A stretch of DNA of 64,000 nucleotides, taken from assembly GCA_003153775.1 (NCBI GenBank), contig PMBI01000011.1, forward strand, positions 109,427 through 173,426. Direction: 5' to 3'. The notes under the pieces are model-generated. The model had not been told where the DNA came from. It saw only the letters and a program-made list of their open reading frames with translations, and ran no database searches. This document shows, one piece after another, positions 10,643 to 19,419 of the stretch (position 1 is the stretch's first letter; each line of letters starts with the position of its first letter). Source of the stretch: Syntrophaceae bacterium (GTDB taxonomy: Bacteria; Desulfobacterota; Syntrophia; Syntrophales; UBA2185). The position numbers and the translations under genes are program-made.

Positions 10643-10840
10643 TCAATCTTTTTTACTTTCGGTTTTATCGGCGTTTACTGCACCCTCAATTTTCTCTTTC
10701 GTGTCTTCCATGGAACGTTTGAAACCCCTTAAGGCTTTGCCTATAGCGCTTCCGAGCTCAGGAAGTTTTCCAGGACCAAAGATTATGAGGACAATCACCA
10801 ATATTACCAGGATATGCATTGGCTGGAGAAGACCTCTCAT
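10643..10840 (-). CDS. tatA: twin-arginine translocase TatA/TatE
   Basis: IIFGPGKLPELGSAIGKALRGFK; AGGAGG RBS. Confidence 0.93.
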   Translation of the reverse strand: MRGLLQPMHILVILVIVLIIFGPGKLPELGSAIGKALRGFKRSMEDTKEKIEGAVNADKTESKKD

Positions 10841-11216
10841 TGTTTTTGCCTCCTAAAATTTATAACTGGCAATAGAGTATAACAATTTTGCTAAATAGTC
10901 AATCATCATCTTCCGTTGGCCGTGATCAGGGCTTCGTATTAATTGAATGATACATGAACGATAAAATGAAGGGCGCAGAATGATCGGCCTGGGGGGATAT
11001 ACGGATTTAAGCCTAATATTGTCTCGATTGGCGTGTTTCGATTGAGAGCGATTTATCGGGTTCCCCGTAAACGAACACTAATTGTCCTCAAGTTATCAAA
11101 AGCTTCTTATAAATCTCACGAAGATCAAGAGCAGAAGGAGGACTAAATAAAATTTCAAAAAGTACAGCGCCACCTTGGTAGTTTTGGTCATTTGTATGCG
11201 GGGCATCCGATCCTCC

Positions 11217-12512
11217 TTAAATTTTGATGCGGGTTTCAACGCCTTTCATAATATCATTATAACGGATTACGCCCAAAATATTGTCCTGGCTGTCTACAAC
11301 AGGTATCATCCTGTAGTGATACTTGGCGAACATTTCCGACAGGTCGTCCTGAACATCATCTTCCTCTGCGGTTACCACGGGCTCCACCATGATATCGCCA
11401 AGCTTCATGTCGTCTGCGGCAAGAATGAGTTCACGGAGATCTATGACGCCGAGGAGGGGCTGGCCGTTTTCGCCTACCACATAGATATAGGAAATACTTT
11501 CCGGCTCCAGGTAGGATTGCCTGATCTTCGTCATGGCTTCGCTGACTGTTGTTTCCCTTGACATGGTGAGGAAGTCAGAGGACATCATGCCTTTAGCCGT
11601 TGCTTCGCGTTCGGAGAGGATACCGCGAACGCGATCCGCCTGATCCTTCGTGAGCAATGCCATCAATTCGGAGACATGGTCGTGGGGAAGTATGGAAAAC
11701 AACCCGGCCAATTGCGGGATCGTCATTTCCGTAAAGATGTTCCGCGCACGTTCCTTGCGGAGAGCGGCGATGATCTGACGCTGCGTCCGGGGCTCTGCTT
11801 CCGCGAGGGTTTCAGCGGCCTTCTCCGAATCGAGGGCCGAAAAGAGGGCGTCCTTTTCCTCTTTGCCGAGTTCCTCTAGCATATCTGCCAGATCTTCGCT
11901 GGGTAGTTCATGAATCTGTCTGCGGGTTACCGAGAGAGATACTTTGTCGGTGGAGACGGCATCTTCAACCGAGAGAGGCTGAACGTACTTCCAGGAAATC
12001 AGGTCATCCTTCATCCAGTTGAGCTTCCCCAATCCCCAGCGGCGCAGGAAGCCATTGAAGGAAATATCGACGTGTATAAGGAGAAACCGCCCCTTTGCTT
12101 CAAGGAGATGAACATCGTTGACTACCTCGACGCGCCTGTCATCCATGTCCACGATAGTGCGCCCCATAAGATGCTTATCCATGAGTATCCAGCCGGGCTG
12201 GTCGACGAAGGGAGGGTAGTCGTTTCCCTCGTCAGGAGGTTGAACAAAAATTGCATCGTCTTCTACCCTGAGCACCCTGTTCCAGGGGATGAATGTGGTG
12301 GGTTTGCCCCATCCATGCTCGATATAAATGCCGACAGCGTCAGGGTAAGGCTCAGCTACGGCAAAAACGAGATCAGTAAGTCTGCCGATTCGGTTTCCGA
12401 TCTTCCCGATGCAGACGGGTTTCTTCAAGAGCTCCGAGAAATAGATGAACCGATAACTGCCTATTCCATGCGGCAGGTCCGGAACTTTTAGTTTTTGATT
12501 CATCTCTGCCAT
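11217..12512 (-). CDS. soluble MgtE-like protein (PRC barrels + MgtE N-domain + CBS pair), no TM domain
   Basis: DLADMLEEL, AAETLAE, TAKGMMSSDF, YIYVV..LLGVI.LRELI, IPVVD..LGVI. Confidence 0.88.
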   Translation of the reverse strand: MAEMNQKLKVPDLPHGIGSYRFIYFSELLKKPVCIGKIGNRIGRLTDLVFAVAEPYPDAVGIYIEHGWGKPTTFIPWNRVLRVEDDAIFVQPPDEGNDYPPFVDQPGWILMDKHLMGRTIVDMDDRRVEVVNDVHLLEAKGRFLLIHVDISFNGFLRRWGLGKLNWMKDDLISWKYVQPLSVEDAVSTDKVSLSVTRRQIHELPSEDLADMLEELGKEEKDALFSALDSEKAAETLAEAEPRTQRQIIAALRKERARNIFTEMTIPQLAGLFSILPHDHVSELMALLTKDQADRVRGILSEREATAKGMMSSDFLTMSRETTVSEAMTKIRQSYLEPESISYIYVVGENGQPLLGVIDLRELILAADDMKLGDIMVEPVVTAEEDDVQDDLSEMFAKYHYRMIPVVDSQDNILGVIRYNDIMKGVETRIKI

Positions 12513-12530
12513 ATCGTTGCACCTCTGCGC

Positions 12531-13856
12531 CTATTTGAATAAGTCCGGGAAAAGAGTGCTGATGCCCATCAGGGAGGACATTATAATTACGAGAACGACT
12601 ATCGAGCAGTTTATAATATTCTGCGAGCGGGTATTGACATGCTCACCCATGAAGGATTTATCATTTAGTAGTAAAAGTAGGAAAATAAGCAACGCGGGAA
12701 GGAGCGTAACCGCGACAACCTGCACGAACATCGTAATGGTGATCAAAGGAGCGCCGGGTATCAGGACCACAGCCCCGGAGGTGAGGAGCATGGCAAGATA
12801 AATCAGATAGAACCAGGGCGCGTCTTTGACTTTTTTATTCAATGAGTGCGCCCAGCCAAATACCTCTCCCACAGCCCATGAGGTGGAGAGAGAAATGCAA
12901 AGGGCTCCCAGGAAACCCGCGTCAAATAAGCCGATGGCGAATAGTTTCCTGGCCAGACTGCCCTGTGCGGCGGGCAGAAAGGGCACAATGGCCTCAGCCG
13001 TCTGGGCTGCATCCTCGATGATAATGGACGGCTTGTGGAAATAGAAAACCGCCGCGGTGGCGATGATGATGAAGACCGCAACAATGCATGTTGAAAAGGA
13101 GCCTATGAGAGTTTCCAGTTTGCCGTATTTGATATCATGGATGTCGAGGCCCTTATCTACGACGGCGCTCTGTTGGAAGAAAAGCATCCACGGGGCGATA
13201 GTTGTTCCTATATTGGCGAGTATGATGAAGATCAGATCTGCGTTAAAGCCGCCGAGATCAGGACTGTAGAAGCCTCTGAATACCTCGTTCCATGTGGGAG
13301 CGGTCGGCGTTTCCATGGCCCAGAGGGCGGCGGGGATGTAAACGAGATTGAAGCAGCAGAAAAAAAGCGTTATCTTTTCAAATGTCCAGTATTGACCGGA
13401 AACGATCACAGTAAAAAGAATAGCCGTGACCACGATGACGGTCAGCCACGGCGGCACTCCGAAAAGACTCATGGCTGCAGTCATCCCAACGTATTCAGTT
13501 ATCAGGGTAAGCCAGTTAATGATAGTGAGATCAATCAGGGAGAACCAACCCCAGAAGGGGCCGAAACCCTCAAAGATTGCCTCTGCGTGGCCGCGCTTGG
13601 TGACAGCCCCGAGACGGACGGTCATCTCCTGAATGTAATAGGCCATCGGAAGAAGAATGATGAACATCCAAAGCAGGGAAAAGCCGTACTTGGAACCCGT
13701 CACGGCATAGGTTGATATTCCTCCTGCATCGTTATCGGCAACCATAACAATAATACCCGGGCCGAGAACGGAGAGAAATATGATGAACTGCCTGCGAAAG
13801 CGATTCAGGATGTGAATACTCTTGCTTACCCAGAACATAAGACGCGCCGCCATCAA
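12531..13856 (-). CDS. NRAMP-related divalent cation transporter, Mg2+ (NRMT) type
   Basis: GPG..ADNDAGG and GTTIAPWM motifs instead of MntH DPGN/MPH; many TM helices. Confidence 0.88.
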   Translation of the reverse strand: MMAARLMFWVSKSIHILNRFRRQFIIFLSVLGPGIIVMVADNDAGGISTYAVTGSKYGFSLLWMFIILLPMAYYIQEMTVRLGAVTKRGHAEAIFEGFGPFWGWFSLIDLTIINWLTLITEYVGMTAAMSLFGVPPWLTVIVVTAILFTVIVSGQYWTFEKITLFFCCFNLVYIPAALWAMETPTAPTWNEVFRGFYSPDLGGFNADLIFIILANIGTTIAPWMLFFQQSAVVDKGLDIHDIKYGKLETLIGSFSTCIVAVFIIIATAAVFYFHKPSIIIEDAAQTAEAIVPFLPAAQGSLARKLFAIGLFDAGFLGALCISLSTSWAVGEVFGWAHSLNKKVKDAPWFYLIYLAMLLTSGAVVLIPGAPLITITMFVQVVAVTLLPALLIFLLLLLNDKSFMGEHVNTRSQNIINCSIVVLVIIMSSLMGISTLFPDLFK

Positions 13857-14039
13857 AAGGAAAACGAACTATCCCTGATAGGACTAAGTAAATCAAAAGA
13901 TTTAGAAAGTCGGGTTAATCAATATTAGGAGATAGAGGTATGAGGAGCGGCAGTGATTTCCGGTGCAAACATATACCCCGGAAATCTGCGGAGGACTGGC
14001 TAACAGACGGGTGATGTAAATACTTCCGGGATAAGACTT

Positions 14040-14105
14040 CTATTTTGTTTTACCGGGAACCACGGTCGGGCAATCGTCAATCCCTCTACAACCAGGAGGC
14101 TCCAT
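14040..14105 (-). CDS. putative proline-rich leader peptide MEPPGCRGIDDCPTVVPGKTK
   Basis: 21-codon uORF read directly from the sequence, in the 5' leader of the Mg2+ transporter pair; GGAG 13 nt upstream. Confidence 0.5.
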   Translation of the reverse strand: MEPPGCRGIDDCPTVVPGKTK

Positions 14106-14325
14106 ATAATTTGGTTTACTCCAACAAAAGAATTTAAATTAGGCATCAAGATTCTAATTTCTTCTGTTATACAAAAAATAAATTGACGTCAAGGTAAAAA
14201 GTTCGTGGATGATTTCTGGGCGTAATGAATTTGGCATGCGGCACCGCGGAAGCGTGTTTGTCTGTTAGTCGAAGGATGCTGGGAAGCGGATCCCCTCCGG
14301 GGTCGTTTAGCCATAATACGTTGTC

Positions 14326-14949
14326 TTACGGCAGTACTAACCCTATGAGGGACAGGATCAGCCATCGGAAGAGAGCGATCAGCGGATCTAATGCTCCAAG
14401 ATAGAGGAGTCCGATGATAATAAAGAATCCGTAAGGCTCGAGACGGGAAAGGGTGTATTGGAGCCTTGCCGGCGCAAATCCCATGAGGATTCTTGATCCG
14501 TCGAGAGGTGGAATAGGAATCATGTTGAAGGAGGCCAGTATGATGTTGATCTGCGCCAGATAATAAAGGAGAGTAGATAAGACTCCTCCAGGCTCCGGCG
14601 ACAAGAAGCGATAGAGAAAGAAGGCGATGAAGGCGAGAAACATATTCATGATGATCCCCGCCGAGGAGACGAGTATCAGCCCTGTACGCATGTCGCGCAG
14701 GTTGCTGAAATTTACGGGCACGGGCTTCGCCCAGCCGAACCCGAAAAGAAAGAGCATGAGGGTGCCGAGAGGGTCGAGATGCCTCAGCGGATTAAGGCTG
14801 AGCCTGCCCTGCCATTTGGCCGTCGAATCGCCCATGCGGTAAGCGACCCAGCCATGAGCAAGTTCGTGAAGAATAACGGAATATAAAAGCGGTATGGCAA
14901 GAAGGATGAATGTAAGAGGATCGTTTATGAGAAGTTTGAGCAGGCCCAT
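14326..14949 (-). CDS. site-2 protease (M50, YwhC-like)
   Basis: HELAH, FNMIPIPPLDG, GWAKPVPV. Confidence 0.92.
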   Translation of the reverse strand: MGLLKLLINDPLTFILLAIPLLYSVILHELAHGWVAYRMGDSTAKWQGRLSLNPLRHLDPLGTLMLFLFGFGWAKPVPVNFSNLRDMRTGLILVSSAGIIMNMFLAFIAFFLYRFLSPEPGGVLSTLLYYLAQINIILASFNMIPIPPLDGSRILMGFAPARLQYTLSRLEPYGFFIIIGLLYLGALDPLIALFRWLILSLIGLVLP

Positions 14950-15008
14950 TTATTTGTCCGTCGCGCGTGTCGGCGGTCTTTTCCGTCTGCTTTCGGACGG
15001 AGACCAAA

Positions 15009-16928
15009 TTAATCTTTTCTTTCAGCAATGACGGCGCTAAATGTCATTGGCCGGCTATCGCGCACGACCTTGACAATCGCTTTTTCGCCGACAGAAAAAG
15101 ATGCGATAAGAAGTAGAAGCTGACGGGTATCCTTAATTTTCTTTCCGTTGACCTCGACAAGTATATCACCTGTGCGAAGACCGGCCGTATCCGCCGGACC
15201 TTCCTTCACTACCTCAACGACCAGGACGCCGTTTTTCTGCGTGAGTTTCAAGGTACCGGCGAGTTCGGGTGTTATGTCCTGAACGCCCACGCCGAAGAAG
15301 CCTCTCGTGAACCTTCCTTTTGTCTTGAGTCCCGGCAAAATTGTTTTGACTGTATTGATGGGGACGGCGAAACCGATCCCCTGTGTTTCTGGCGAAATTG
15401 CCGTACTGATGCCGATTACTTCGCCTTCCAGGTTGATGAGAGGCCCGCCGCCGCTTCCCGGGTGAAAGGAGAAGTCTGTTTGAATGAAATCATCGGTACT
15501 TCTGGCACTGATGGCGCTGACAATGCCGGAGCTTACTGTCTGTTCCAGTCCCCACGGATAACCAACGGCTATCACCCGCTCCCCAACTCGAAGTGTTTCG
15601 GAGTTGCCGAGGTGAGCCGGGGCGAGGCTTTCGGCCGTTTTAATTCTTAGAAGTGCAATGTCCGTCACTGTATCTCTCCCCACGACCTTGGCATCGTACT
15701 CGGTTCCAGCTTGGAGTGTAACCTGAATGCTCTCAGCCTGGTCAATAACGTGACTATTTGTCAGAATGTAACCGTCGCTGCTGATGAGAAAGCCAGACCC
15801 CATACTCTTGGCCTTCGATTCTCGCTTCTGGGGCGGAGGCGCGTTCTTAAAGAATTTATCAAAAAAATCATCACCCTTGAATGGTGTCTCTTGCCCTGCT
15901 GCATGCGTGACAGTGATTCTGACAACTGCGCTCTTTATCCGAGCTACGAGAGAACTGAGATCAGGGCCGATTGTCAAATCTCGCGGGTGCTCGGGTGCCG
16001 TGCGTTCGGGTCGGCCCGTGATTGTGTCTATCTTACTTGTCGGCGCATCCTCTGCCGGCGGTGCTGCCTTGGTAAGAACAAAAACAAACTCTCCTTCGCC
16101 ATCGATGCTGCCGTATTGCGGAACCTGGGAATTGTGAGTCATCCGCGTCACCTTCGGCTTCACATATGAGGCGAGGTCGCTGAATGTGACATAGCCTTTA
16201 TCATCCCGGTCTGCCGAACCATCGAGTCCCTCGAGGATATATCTTGTGAACACCCCATGACCATCCTCTTCATGCGCCTGTTCGCCCTTACCGCCTGCAG
16301 TCAGCATCTGGTGCGCCTTCCGTGTGGTTATCTTGTTGAGATAGTCACGGTCCATCGGGGGTATGCCTCCTGACCGGGTAAGCCCCAGACCGGAGTAGCA
16401 GGTGTCGATTAAGTAGAGGACATGCTTGGCCGGCAGGCGCCTGGAAAACTGCCGCACCTGATCCATGGATATGGCAGTGGAGAAGATGTTCCTGGTATCG
16501 CTGTCTACGGGGACGAGGTAACCCATCTGGCTGCCGTCCGCGAGTTCCTCCGTTTGACCGTGGCCGGCAAAGAAGATGATTACGCGGTCGTTCTTTTCCA
16601 CCTTTTTCGGCAGTTCATCTCCGAGAACTTTAAGGATGTTCTCCCTCGTGGCATAGTTGTCGAGAAGGGTGATGGTATCGAATCCCATTTCTTTGAATCG
16701 CTTCTCGATCGACCGGGCATCATTTACGGCATATTCGAGGATAGGCCATTTGTCATAGGCGTTGATGCCGATAATAACGGCGTAGCTGTGATTATAGAGG
16801 CTGTCGAGGGAAGGGGAGGGCCTGGAGGTGATCTGAACCCCACGCTTCGCTTTGGAGGCTGCGTCGACGGGAGTAGAGGCCAGCAGTGAAAGCACGCATA
16901 TGAGCATTATAGCACGAATGGCGTTCAT
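15009..16928 (-). CDS. exported caspase (C14) - trypsin-like HtrA - PDZ fusion protein
   Basis: GGAGG RBS before ATG 16928; signal peptide; AVIIGIN.Y, FAGHG, IDTC; then GSGFLIS..TNSHV, DIALL, PGSGGGP; PDZ GPA..AGL..GD. Confidence 0.85.
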   Translation of the reverse strand: MNAIRAIMLICVLSLLASTPVDAASKAKRGVQITSRPSPSLDSLYNHSYAVIIGINAYDKWPILEYAVNDARSIEKRFKEMGFDTITLLDNYATRENILKVLGDELPKKVEKNDRVIIFFAGHGQTEELADGSQMGYLVPVDSDTRNIFSTAISMDQVRQFSRRLPAKHVLYLIDTCYSGLGLTRSGGIPPMDRDYLNKITTRKAHQMLTAGGKGEQAHEEDGHGVFTRYILEGLDGSADRDDKGYVTFSDLASYVKPKVTRMTHNSQVPQYGSIDGEGEFVFVLTKAAPPAEDAPTSKIDTITGRPERTAPEHPRDLTIGPDLSSLVARIKSAVVRITVTHAAGQETPFKGDDFFDKFFKNAPPPQKRESKAKSMGSGFLISSDGYILTNSHVIDQAESIQVTLQAGTEYDAKVVGRDTVTDIALLRIKTAESLAPAHLGNSETLRVGERVIAVGYPWGLEQTVSSGIVSAISARSTDDFIQTDFSFHPGSGGGPLINLEGEVIGISTAISPETQGIGFAVPINTVKTILPGLKTKGRFTRGFFGVGVQDITPELAGTLKLTQKNGVLVVEVVKEGPADTAGLRTGDILVEVNGKKIKDTRQLLLLIASFSVGEKAIVKVVRDSRPMTFSAVIAERKD

Positions 16929-17186
16929 CTGTATGGTCCTCCCGTAAAGAATCTGGGGATTTTTATACACCAAACCCGGCAAAACCACAAGCGATGTTCT
17001 TCGTTACACATGACATCTTTCACAAGATCGCTGCATCCGCAAAAGAGCAGAGAAGTGCCCAGTCAGCATCTCCGCATGGGACCCAGGTCATGAGCATGGT
17101 CGAGCAAGAGCCACTTCTATACGGGATTTTGTTGTAAATCTAAACCTGTTGAGGTATTAAATAGGAAAAGGCCAAGGAGGGATAAT

Positions 17187-17648
17187 ATGAGCGAAGTCGT
17201 TCACACATCTAAAATAAAAATCGTCAGGGAAAAGGGGCCGACACGGAGAGCCATGATAGAGGGGTTCTCGGAACCTGTCTATTACGGAGTCCATGGCGGC
17301 ATCATGAAATTTTACAAAGTGCAGCCGGAAGAGGAGCATGCGGCCACTCTCGACCACATTGTTGCCGCGACAGCGGGTTGAATGATGGGCACACTGGCCA
17401 CGCTGATGGCCGGAAAGAAGATTCCTACCCCGGAAAGTCTTTACTGGGCCGATGTGGAAGGCGACATCGAGAATGTTAACGGAGTACTCAAGATCACCAC
17501 CATCCGCGTCAAATACCACCTGAAGGTTCCTGAAGATAAGATCGCAGACGCGAAGGAGAGCTTCGCAAACTATATCACCCGCTGTCCGGCCGCACAGAGC
17601 GTCAGTGGTTGTATTAAACTCGAGGATGAATTGTTATTCGAGAAATAG
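17187..17648 (+). CDS. OsmC-like selenoprotein
   Basis: Two abutting in-frame ORFs joined at TGA 17379-17381: LDHIVAATAG-U-MMGTL ... CPAAQS; SECIS-like hairpin follows. Confidence 0.88.
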
Positions 17649-17815
17649 ATTTCTGATAAGGCGGGCAATAGCGATGCCGGGGCGGCTGCCCTGCCTCTCT
17701 TTGATCTGCTTTGAACGTATTAGCCCTGATCTTTTCACAATTAGTAAATTCGGATTCCCTTGACTGATTAATATAGCAGAAAATGCAAGCTCCCGGGGAG
17801 CGAAAGGAGGACTTT

Positions 17816-18442
17816 ATGAAGTGGATTTGCCTTATCGTATTTGTCGTTGCTATCGGTATGCAATCGGACAGTGTTTTTGCACAGGACAGAATGCCCGGCA
17901 TGCCCCTTGAGAAGATGACCGATCTTCAGAAGAAGTATGCAGAGGAGATTATCAAAGGCCCCCGCGGCGCTCTTTATGGGCCTTTCGTGCCCTTGATTCG
18001 CAGCCCGGAGCTCATGGATAAGGCGCAGCGTATGGGGGAGTACTTGCGCTACAAGAGTGCAATCGGGACAAAGTTGAGCGAACTCGTCATCCTGATCACG
18101 GCTCGCCAATGGACTCAGCAGGTGGAATGGGCTATCCATGAGCCCATAGCCATCAAGTCAGGCATAAAGGCAGATATTGTAAGAGCGATCGCTGACGGTC
18201 GCTACCCCACGGGCATGAGCGAAGATGAGGGTATCGTGTATGACTTCTGCACCGAGCTTCATGTCAACAAGAGCGTTGCGGATGCGACTTATGAGCGCGC
18301 CGTGAGGCGGTTCGGTGAGCAGGGGGTCATCGACATGCTCGGGATCAACGGCTATTATACATTTCTTGCGATGATTATGAACGGCACGCGCACGGCCGTG
18401 CCGGATGGCAAGCCCGCACCTTTGAAGGCATTTCCGAAGTGA
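17816..18442 (+). CDS. carboxymuconolactone decarboxylase/AhpD-like protein with signal peptide
   Basis: AAGGAGG RBS before ATG 17816; GPF..LIRSPEL, ELVILITAR.W....EW..H. Confidence 0.82.
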   Translation: MKWICLIVFVVAIGMQSDSVFAQDRMPGMPLEKMTDLQKKYAEEIIKGPRGALYGPFVPLIRSPELMDKAQRMGEYLRYKSAIGTKLSELVILITARQWTQQVEWAIHEPIAIKSGIKADIVRAIADGRYPTGMSEDEGIVYDFCTELHVNKSVADATYERAVRRFGEQGVIDMLGINGYYTFLAMIMNGTRTAVPDGKPAPLKAFPK

Positions 18443-18579
18443 GAATGACGTAGATCCGAACTGCGTTTATCTGAACTGGTTATTGAAATGTATAGGAGAG
18501 CTTTCTGGGTGTGCTGCCGGCGGCGATCCATTCCTCAACCGCCGCCTACTCGTGCGAGTGGAGAGTGAAAAATATCTGT

Positions 18580-18819
18580 TCAGTGATTCTTTAGCGCTTC
18601 GGAGAGGATGAGAAAGATAAGCGTGAGAATGGCCATAAGGATGGCCATCAATCCCGGCATTAACCTGGCCCATTTTACGGACAGCGGCGCTGTAACACGC
18701 AACTCGTTTTTGGGAATGTCGTTGTGATCGACATCAGAAGATGCGCCCTCATGTATTGCGTGAGAGCGTGTCTCAAGTTCCTGCATCTCTTTTTTATAAT
18801 CGTTCAGATTCTTTTTCAT
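18580..18819 (-). CDS. small hypothetical protein with C-terminal TM helix
   Basis: 79-aa ORF, hydrophobic C-terminus, weak RBS. Confidence 0.35.
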   Translation of the reverse strand: MKKNLNDYKKEMQELETRSHAIHEGASSDVDHNDIPKNELRVTAPLSVKWARLMPGLMAILMAILTLIFLILSEALKNH

Positions 18820-18839
18820 CCGCGATCCGAATCGGTCAT

Positions 18840-18872
18840 AAGAAAAGGGCGCCCGCTTGCAACGGGCGCCCT
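18840..18872 (-). terminator. Rho-independent terminator after the usp gene
   Basis: AGGGCGCCCG-7 nt-CGGGCGCCCT stem followed by a T tract on the minus strand. Confidence 0.75.
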
Positions 18873-18885
18873 CCAGTAAAACATC

Positions 18886-19389
18886 TTAGAGGCGGATTTC
18901 TCCCGCGCTGCACAATTTAGGATCTTTACTTTCCGGTCCTTCCTCGCCGGTAGGCATTACGGTCAGCACCGGGCACGGGGAATAGTTAACAACCCTGTCC
19001 GCCGTACTGCCGAAGATTCTTCTGTTGTAGGCCATCTTACGGCTGTTGGTACCGATAACGATCAGGTCTATGTTGTTTTCCTTCTGGAATTTCAGGATTT
19101 CCTCGTCGGGGACCCCAGTCAACAATTTGTACTCGACATTTTTGTAGCCTCCAAGTCCCTGCGTACAGCACATGTTGAGCTCTTGCTTGGATTTCTCCTC
19201 CATGGCCTTCTTGAGCTCGCCCAGATTCACTTTCGGTGCATACCATTCCGTCATCTTGCCTACATCGTGAATCACATGGACGATATATAATTTTGCTCCG
19301 TACCGCTGGGCAAGGTCCGCAGCGTAAGGCGTTGCCTTTACGGCGCCTGCCATGAAGTCTGTCGCTAAGAGAATCTTTTTTATTTCCAT
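18886..19389 (-). CDS. universal stress protein
   Basis: KKILLATDF, DLIVIG, FGSTADRVV..SPCPVLTV. Confidence 0.92.
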   Translation of the reverse strand: MEIKKILLATDFMAGAVKATPYAADLAQRYGAKLYIVHVIHDVGKMTEWYAPKVNLGELKKAMEEKSKQELNMCCTQGLGGYKNVEYKLLTGVPDEEILKFQKENNIDLIVIGTNSRKMAYNRRIFGSTADRVVNYSPCPVLTVMPTGEEGPESKDPKLCSAGEIRL

Positions 19390-19419
19390 AACGCCTCCTT
19401 TTTCGTTAGCATTAGGTTC

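Noticed and set aside
13857-14300. M-box (ykoK) riboswitch before the Mg2+ transporter
   Set aside because: Conserved M-box segments (e.g. AGGUGAGGCUCCU, GCUAAAGCUC) were not found by eye; an Infernal search would be decisive.
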